Made by a program: the position numbers and the translations under genes
Notes under the pieces: generated by a model
Seen by the model: only the letters and a program-made list of their open reading frames with translations
Databases searched by the model: none
Told to the model about the DNA's origin: nothing
Part shown: piece by piece, positions 49,970 through 54,114 of the stretch
Layout: the number at the start of each line of letters is the position of its first letter
Position numbering within the stretch: the stretch's first letter is position 1
DNA from: Pseudomonadota bacterium
Lineage (GTDB): Bacteria > UBA10199 > 2-02-FULL-44-16 > JBDRGF01
DNA: 54,114 bases
Direction: 5' to 3'
Assembly: GCA_043818055.1 (NCBI GenBank)
Contig: JBDRGF010000016.1
Location: 1 to 54,114 of the forward strand

Positions 49970-51838
49970 TTAGCGAACTATTCCAGATACTGAACGTCCA
50001 AAATTATCATTAATATTTTCACCGTTAATTTTTACCATAAATTGAGGTCCGGTTTTTGGATCCGGATTATCTTTGATATCCGTACCATTGAATATGTAAA
50101 CCGCTCCAATATTTGAATTGTGGTTTGGAGCTCCAATAGCTATCTCCGATAAACCGTCATTGTTGATATCACCCATGAATGACACAGCTAATCCAAAATC
50201 ATCCGCGCCATTTTCCCCCTCCAGTAGAGCCCACTGTGCATGAGGCACGGTGTTTGGGTCGAGAAGATATGCGCCGCTAAGGAGAAGCGCATTACCGTTG
50301 GTTGAGAGCTCACCCAGAAGAGCGTCGGGAGTGTTGTCACCATTGATATCCGGACCGATCGAAACCGATTTTCCTTTTGAATTCCCTCCAACGATTTGTG
50401 TGATTAGCTTCTTTGTTGAATTTGGGTCGATCGTTTCCTTGCCATCATATAGATAAGCTATAGATTTTCCTGTTCCAATGATTATCTCATCATTGCCATC
50501 ATCATTGATGTCGCCACCAATCGTAACAGATTGTCCAAATTTCTCAGAGTTAACATTGCTTTGAATTGCAGTCATCGCGTCGCTGGCTGAAACTTCAACA
50601 TCATTTTTATTGTACATTGCAGATCCGCTGAAGAGATAGGCTATTCCTTCCGTGCTGTTTGCATTTCTAGCACCTATGAGAAGATCGTCAAAGCCATCAC
50701 CATCAACATCACCACTGTTGGATACAGCGGTGCCAAAGAGGTCGCCTATGATATTACCATAAATAATGGCCTGCGCTTGTATTGAACTCATCAGCGGTTT
50801 TAACGAATTTCCATCATATAGGAATGCACAACCGTAATAGGTGTTTGGAGCAAATCCATTGGTTCCGACGATAATTTCGGAGAAACCATCTCCATTCAGA
50901 TCACCTGAAGAATCAATGCTGTATCCAAAGGCTCCAGGTTCTTGAATATTAAGAATAGTTGCCAATGCTGTATTCAAAGCAACAACCCCTTTTAAATTTT
51001 TTCCGCTAAATATGTATACTCCACCATACGGTGCTCCGAGGCCGTAGGCTCCAACAGCTAGATCGGCGTATCCATCTCCATTGACATCGCCGCTCATAGA
51101 AAGTGCATATCCAAATAGATGTTTTGATCCGCCTGTAGCAACAGAGGCGAGGGGTTGAGGAGATGTGTTGGGATCTTTATGATCAGCAATTATTTTTCCA
51201 CTGTAGATATAAACCTTGTTGGCACCTGGTGCTCCAACAGCTAAATCCTGTATTCCATCGCCGTCGGCGTCGCCAAGCGTCATAGTTGTGAAGGATAGAG
51301 TCTCTTTAACCAGTGCGCTGGTCAATGTGTACTTTGTTTTGTGTGTGAGACCGTGGGTTGGCACGAAGAATACGGTTTTATTATCCTTTGTCCAGGTGAA
51401 GGCGCCTTCAATCTTTTTTCCATTCGAATCTTGGAATGCGAAAACTGCTTCAAACTGTTTTTTATCTGTGATGCTGGTATTGAATATCGCCTCAATCATA
51501 ATTCGCAATGGAACTGAAAGGTTGAAATCCTTTGCGGTGAAGTTCAATCTTACACCATCTGATCTAATCAGTTTTAAACTCACTAACTCTTGGGGGATCG
51601 TTGTTGTAGTGTCGTCTGCAGGCTTTGCTGCAGGGATCGGTAATGGTGTGCCGGCAGCATCATCGGTTCCACTATCACTGCTGGGAGTTTCCCCAGGATT
51701 GTCAGCTGGCAGGTTGGTAGCCTCTTCACTGCTTAAGTCACCGTCGCCACAAGCTCCCAGAGTTACAAGGATGATAAGAAGAAAGGTTAACATCACGATG
51801 TTAATCTTATTAAATGGGGTAGTTAAGCTTGATTTCAT
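49970..51838 (-). CDS. Lipoprotein with Ig-like domain and FG-GAP/integrin-alpha repeats
   Basis: Lipobox LGAC; repeated FG.....GD.NGDG..D..VGA motifs. Confidence 0.85.
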   Translation of the reverse strand: MKSSLTTPFNKINIVMLTFLLIILVTLGACGDGDLSSEEATNLPADNPGETPSSDSGTDDAAGTPLPIPAAKPADDTTTTIPQELVSLKLIRSDGVRLNFTAKDFNLSVPLRIMIEAIFNTSITDKKQFEAVFAFQDSNGKKIEGAFTWTKDNKTVFFVPTHGLTHKTKYTLTSALVKETLSFTTMTLGDADGDGIQDLAVGAPGANKVYIYSGKIIADHKDPNTSPQPLASVATGGSKHLFGYALSMSGDVNGDGYADLAVGAYGLGAPYGGVYIFSGKNLKGVVALNTALATILNIQEPGAFGYSIDSSGDLNGDGFSEIIVGTNGFAPNTYYGCAFLYDGNSLKPLMSSIQAQAIIYGNIIGDLFGTAVSNSGDVDGDGFDDLLIGARNANSTEGIAYLFSGSAMYNKNDVEVSASDAMTAIQSNVNSEKFGQSVTIGGDINDDGNDEIIIGTGKSIAYLYDGKETIDPNSTKKLITQIVGGNSKGKSVSIGPDINGDNTPDALLGELSTNGNALLLSGAYLLDPNTVPHAQWALLEGENGADDFGLAVSFMGDINNDGLSEIAIGAPNHNSNIGAVYIFNGTDIKDNPDPKTGPQFMVKINGENINDNFGRSVSGIVR

Positions 51839-51880
51839 ATTACCCTCCTTGTTTGATAGTTTTAGAAAGTAGAGACCATA

Positions 51881-52243
51881 GAGTAGACTGTGTCAAGGAG
51901 CTTCTTTCTGACCTATGGACACAAGTCTTGAAGGTAGAGATGTTATAGAAAAGCGGTACATCTCAAGAGCTACGATCGATTACATCGAAGGTCTTCCTCG
52001 CTGGAAGAGATAGCAATAAATCGGATATTAAAAGGGATATCGTGTCGGGATTATAAGTCAGCAGCGATGGCGATTCCAGAGGCATTTGGGTTATCGTCAT
52101 CGAGTATGTCACGGCATTTTATAAAAGCTAGCAAGAAGAAATTGAAAGAACTTCAGGAGCGAGATTTGAGAGGATATGATTTTGTGGCAATGTGAATAGA
52201 TGGGAATACAATTTCAAATAATGATTTGATAGTGGCAGTCGGC
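51881..52243 (+). pseudogene. IS256-family transposase remnant
   Basis: RILKGISCRDY..IPEAFGLSSSSMSRHF..L.E.DL..YDFVAM*IDG; in-frame TGA at 52193; truncated. Confidence 0.75.
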
Positions 52244-52276
52244 CCGACATACAGGATGTGGAAAAGGCGTATTGTA

Positions 52277-52334
52277 TTGTTTTCATAATGGTTGTATAGC
52301 ACCTCGATTAGTATAATACAACCATTATAAACAA
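52277..52334. other. Long inverted repeat / hairpin
   Basis: ATAATGGTTGTAT (52285-52297) pairs with ATACAACCATTAT (52316-52328). Confidence 0.55.
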
Positions 52335-52521
52335 AACCTCTTTTTTTTACTCGAATCAGTGTCGTTTCGGATTAAAGCTAATTCTCCTTGATCAAGAAAC
52401 CGCCACCTCTCTCAAATTATCGATTAATTTTAAATCTATATCCTGTCCAACTTTTCAGAAAGTTCCTATATTAGATCTTCAAATACGTCCATTTCCCATA
52501 TCAGTTCTCCTTTTAACCATA

Positions 52522-52549
52522 TCATCGGCATTTACCAGAAAAAAGTTCC
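52522..52549 (-). promoter_or_regulatory. Putative alternative-sigma promoter GGAACT-N14-GCCGATGA
   Basis: Same motif and spacing as 15836-15863; followed by AGGAG and an ATG at 52499. Confidence 0.5.
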
Positions 52550-52580
52550 TTAAATTTGTCATAATCTGGCCAAAAGCACT

Positions 52581-52691
52581 CACCCCCATCCGCCCTGTGG
52601 GCACCTTCCCCCATCGAGGGGGAAGGGCAAAGAGGAAAGTATCATTGGGGGCACCTTCCCCCGTCGAAGGGGAAGGGCTAAGCGGAGAAGG
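52581..52691. repeat. CCTTCCCC/GGGGAAGG palindromic repeat pair
   Basis: GGGCACCTTCCCCC..GAGGGGGAAGGG occurs twice. Confidence 0.7.
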
Positions 52692-52716
52692 CATTGCAGC
52701 CATCTTCCCCTTGAGG

Positions 52717-52770
52717 TCTATACCACATACTACATGCCACATACTACATGCCACATGCTACATGCGCTTT
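52717..52770. repeat. Tandem ACATRCY heptamer arm
   Basis: ACATACT ACATGCC ACATACT ACATGCC ACATGCT ACATGCGCTTT; end identical to 46325-46342. Confidence 0.75.
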
Positions 52771-52868
52771 ATTCCTCCACTTCCCCGCTTTACATTCTTA
52801 AGAATAATGCTATGATTTCGAATAAATATGGGGTTTGATCACAAAACATTTAACGGGAAGGAAGATTT

Positions 52869-53612
52869 ATGTCGGGTCATTCTAAATGGTCAACGATTAA
52901 ACACAAGAAGGGAGCCGCAGATGCCAAAAGAGGGAAACTCTTTTCGAAACTCATCAAGGAGGTTACCATTGCCGCACGTATTGGCGGAGGCGACCCAGAT
53001 GCGAATCCCCGCCTTAGAACAGCTGTTGATAAAGCCAGAGATGCCAACATGCCGAGTGATAATATCGTCAGAGCAATCAAAAAAGGGACGGGTGAACTTG
53101 AAGGTCAGGCCTTTGAGGAGATTTGGTTTGAAGGATATGGACCCGGAGGCGTAGCTTTACTCATCGAAACGATGACTGACAACCGCAACAGGACAGTCGC
53201 TGAGATCCGCTATCTGTTGACCAAGATGAACGGCAATCTGGGCGAGACCGGGTGTGTGGGCTGGATCTTTTCAAAACATGGAGTCCTGACATTCGACAAG
53301 AGCATCGGTGAGGATAAGCTGATGGAGATAGCCCTTGAAGCTGGCGCACAAGATATTCAGGCCGATGGCGATTACCTCATCGTCACAACCGATCCTGCAA
53401 ACTTTCACAAAGTTAAGGATGCTATAGAAAAAACAGGGCTAAAACCGGTTCAGGCCGAAGTTTCAATGACACCGCAAAACACCGTGAAACTCGACGAGGG
53501 ACAGGCCGAGAAGATGATCAAGCTGATGGAAGCTCTCGAAGATCATGATGATGTTCAAAACGTCTACGCCAATTTTGATATAGATGACGAGATTCTGAAA
53601 AAACTGGCGTGA
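52869..53612 (+). CDS. yebC: YebC/PmpR family protein
   Basis: [36 protein letters not shown]. Confidence 0.95.
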   Translation: MSGHSKWSTIKHKKGAADAKRGKLFSKLIKEVTIAARIGGGDPDANPRLRTAVDKARDANMPSDNIVRAIKKGTGELEGQAFEEIWFEGYGPGGVALLIETMTDNRNRTVAEIRYLLTKMNGNLGETGCVGWIFSKHGVLTFDKSIGEDKLMEIALEAGAQDIQADGDYLIVTTDPANFHKVKDAIEKTGLKPVQAEVSMTPQNTVKLDEGQAEKMIKLMEALEDHDDVQNVYANFDIDDEILKKLA

Positions 53613-53656
53613 GTTCCTTAATTGTTAATTGATTATTGTTAATTGCTTTTCTAATA

Positions 53657-54114
53657 ATGCAAAATTCTAACCCCACCCGAATATTAGGCATTGACCCGGG
53701 ATCGAACATCACGGGCTTCGGCGTTATCGATGTAATTGATAACAGGCTGCATCACATTGAGAGCGGCTGTATCAACATACCAAAGAAAGATACATTTCCT
53801 AATCGGCTGAAATACCTCTACGACAAAATAGCAGAACTCATAGATATTCACTCCCCATCGATACTTGCCATGGAGGATAGTTTCGTGTCGAAAAACGCCA
53901 AGAGCTCGCTCAAACTTGGACAGGCGAGGGGAATAGTCATGCTGGCCGCCGCGAAGGCCGATGTGAATGTCACCGAGTTTCCTCCGACCGAGGTCAAAAT
54001 CGCGCTCACAGGATTTGGCCACGCGACCAAAGAACAGGTGAGCGACCTTGTAAAAAGACGTCTCAATATTAAACTGACAGACAAATTCGACGCTTCAGAT
54101 GCCCTCGCAGTTGC
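53657..54114 (+). CDS. ruvC: Holliday junction resolvase, partial (runs off window)
   Basis: RILGIDPGS, LGQARG, G.GHATKEQV, DASDALAVA. Confidence 0.93.
   Translation, partial: MQNSNPTRILGIDPGSNITGFGVIDVIDNRLHHIESGCINIPKKDTFPNRLKYLYDKIAELIDIHSPSILAMEDSFVSKNAKSSLKLGQARGIVMLAAAKADVNVTEFPPTEVKIALTGFGHATKEQVSDLVKRRLNIKLTDKFDASDALAV

Noticed and set aside
51216..51872. 218-aa plus-strand ORF and the many other antisense ORFs in the track
   Set aside because: Shadow frames of well-supported genes with no motifs of their own
52347..52499. ATG-initiated frame with four in-frame TGA codons, suggesting TGA recoding
   Set aside because: Conserved genes in the window (gltX, yebC, glyA, comM) use TGA as stop, and the read-through peptide resembles nothing; decay is simpler

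Overview
A 54-kb chromosomal segment of a bacterium with deltaproteobacterial-type gene order (inferred). Core blocks: a tufB-type operon (tRNA-Thr/Tyr/Gly/Thr-tuf), rlmB, an EF-G paralogue, comM, tdk-pdp, ffh-rpsP-khpA-rimM-trmD-rplS-rnhB, yceD-rpmF-acpP-rpiB-glyA-nrdR-ribD-ribE-ribBA-ribH-nusB-ispH, amrB, gltX, pilT with pilin-like genes, and yebC-ruvC. There are two accessory islands. (i) 9.7-18.8 kb: three orphan/HEAT-repeat genes and an IS1380, bracketed by two HEPN-MNT toxin-antitoxin pairs. (ii) 34.2-46.1 kb: a type I R-M locus carrying an ABC-ATPase-TOPRIM gene and three ~275-aa DNA-binding genes (KilA-N, Bro-N, DinD). The most striking signal is in island (ii). Each of the three DNA-binding genes has a DNA palindrome at the equivalent position inside its coding sequence, and the DinD-type 30-bp site (AACCAT-N18-ATGGT) recurs outside the gene with a re-written but still palindromic core. 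Remnants of earlier hsdM and dinD alleles lie next to such palindromes, and the whole island sits between the two arms of a heptamer inverted-repeat element whose 'empty' form is also in the window. Other observations: a complete sigma54/IHF/UAS promoter for comM, a shared alternative-sigma motif, absence of the fab genes around acpP, tRNA genes that all end in CAA, and several nested REP/MITE families. All annotations are by eye from motifs; no database searches were run.
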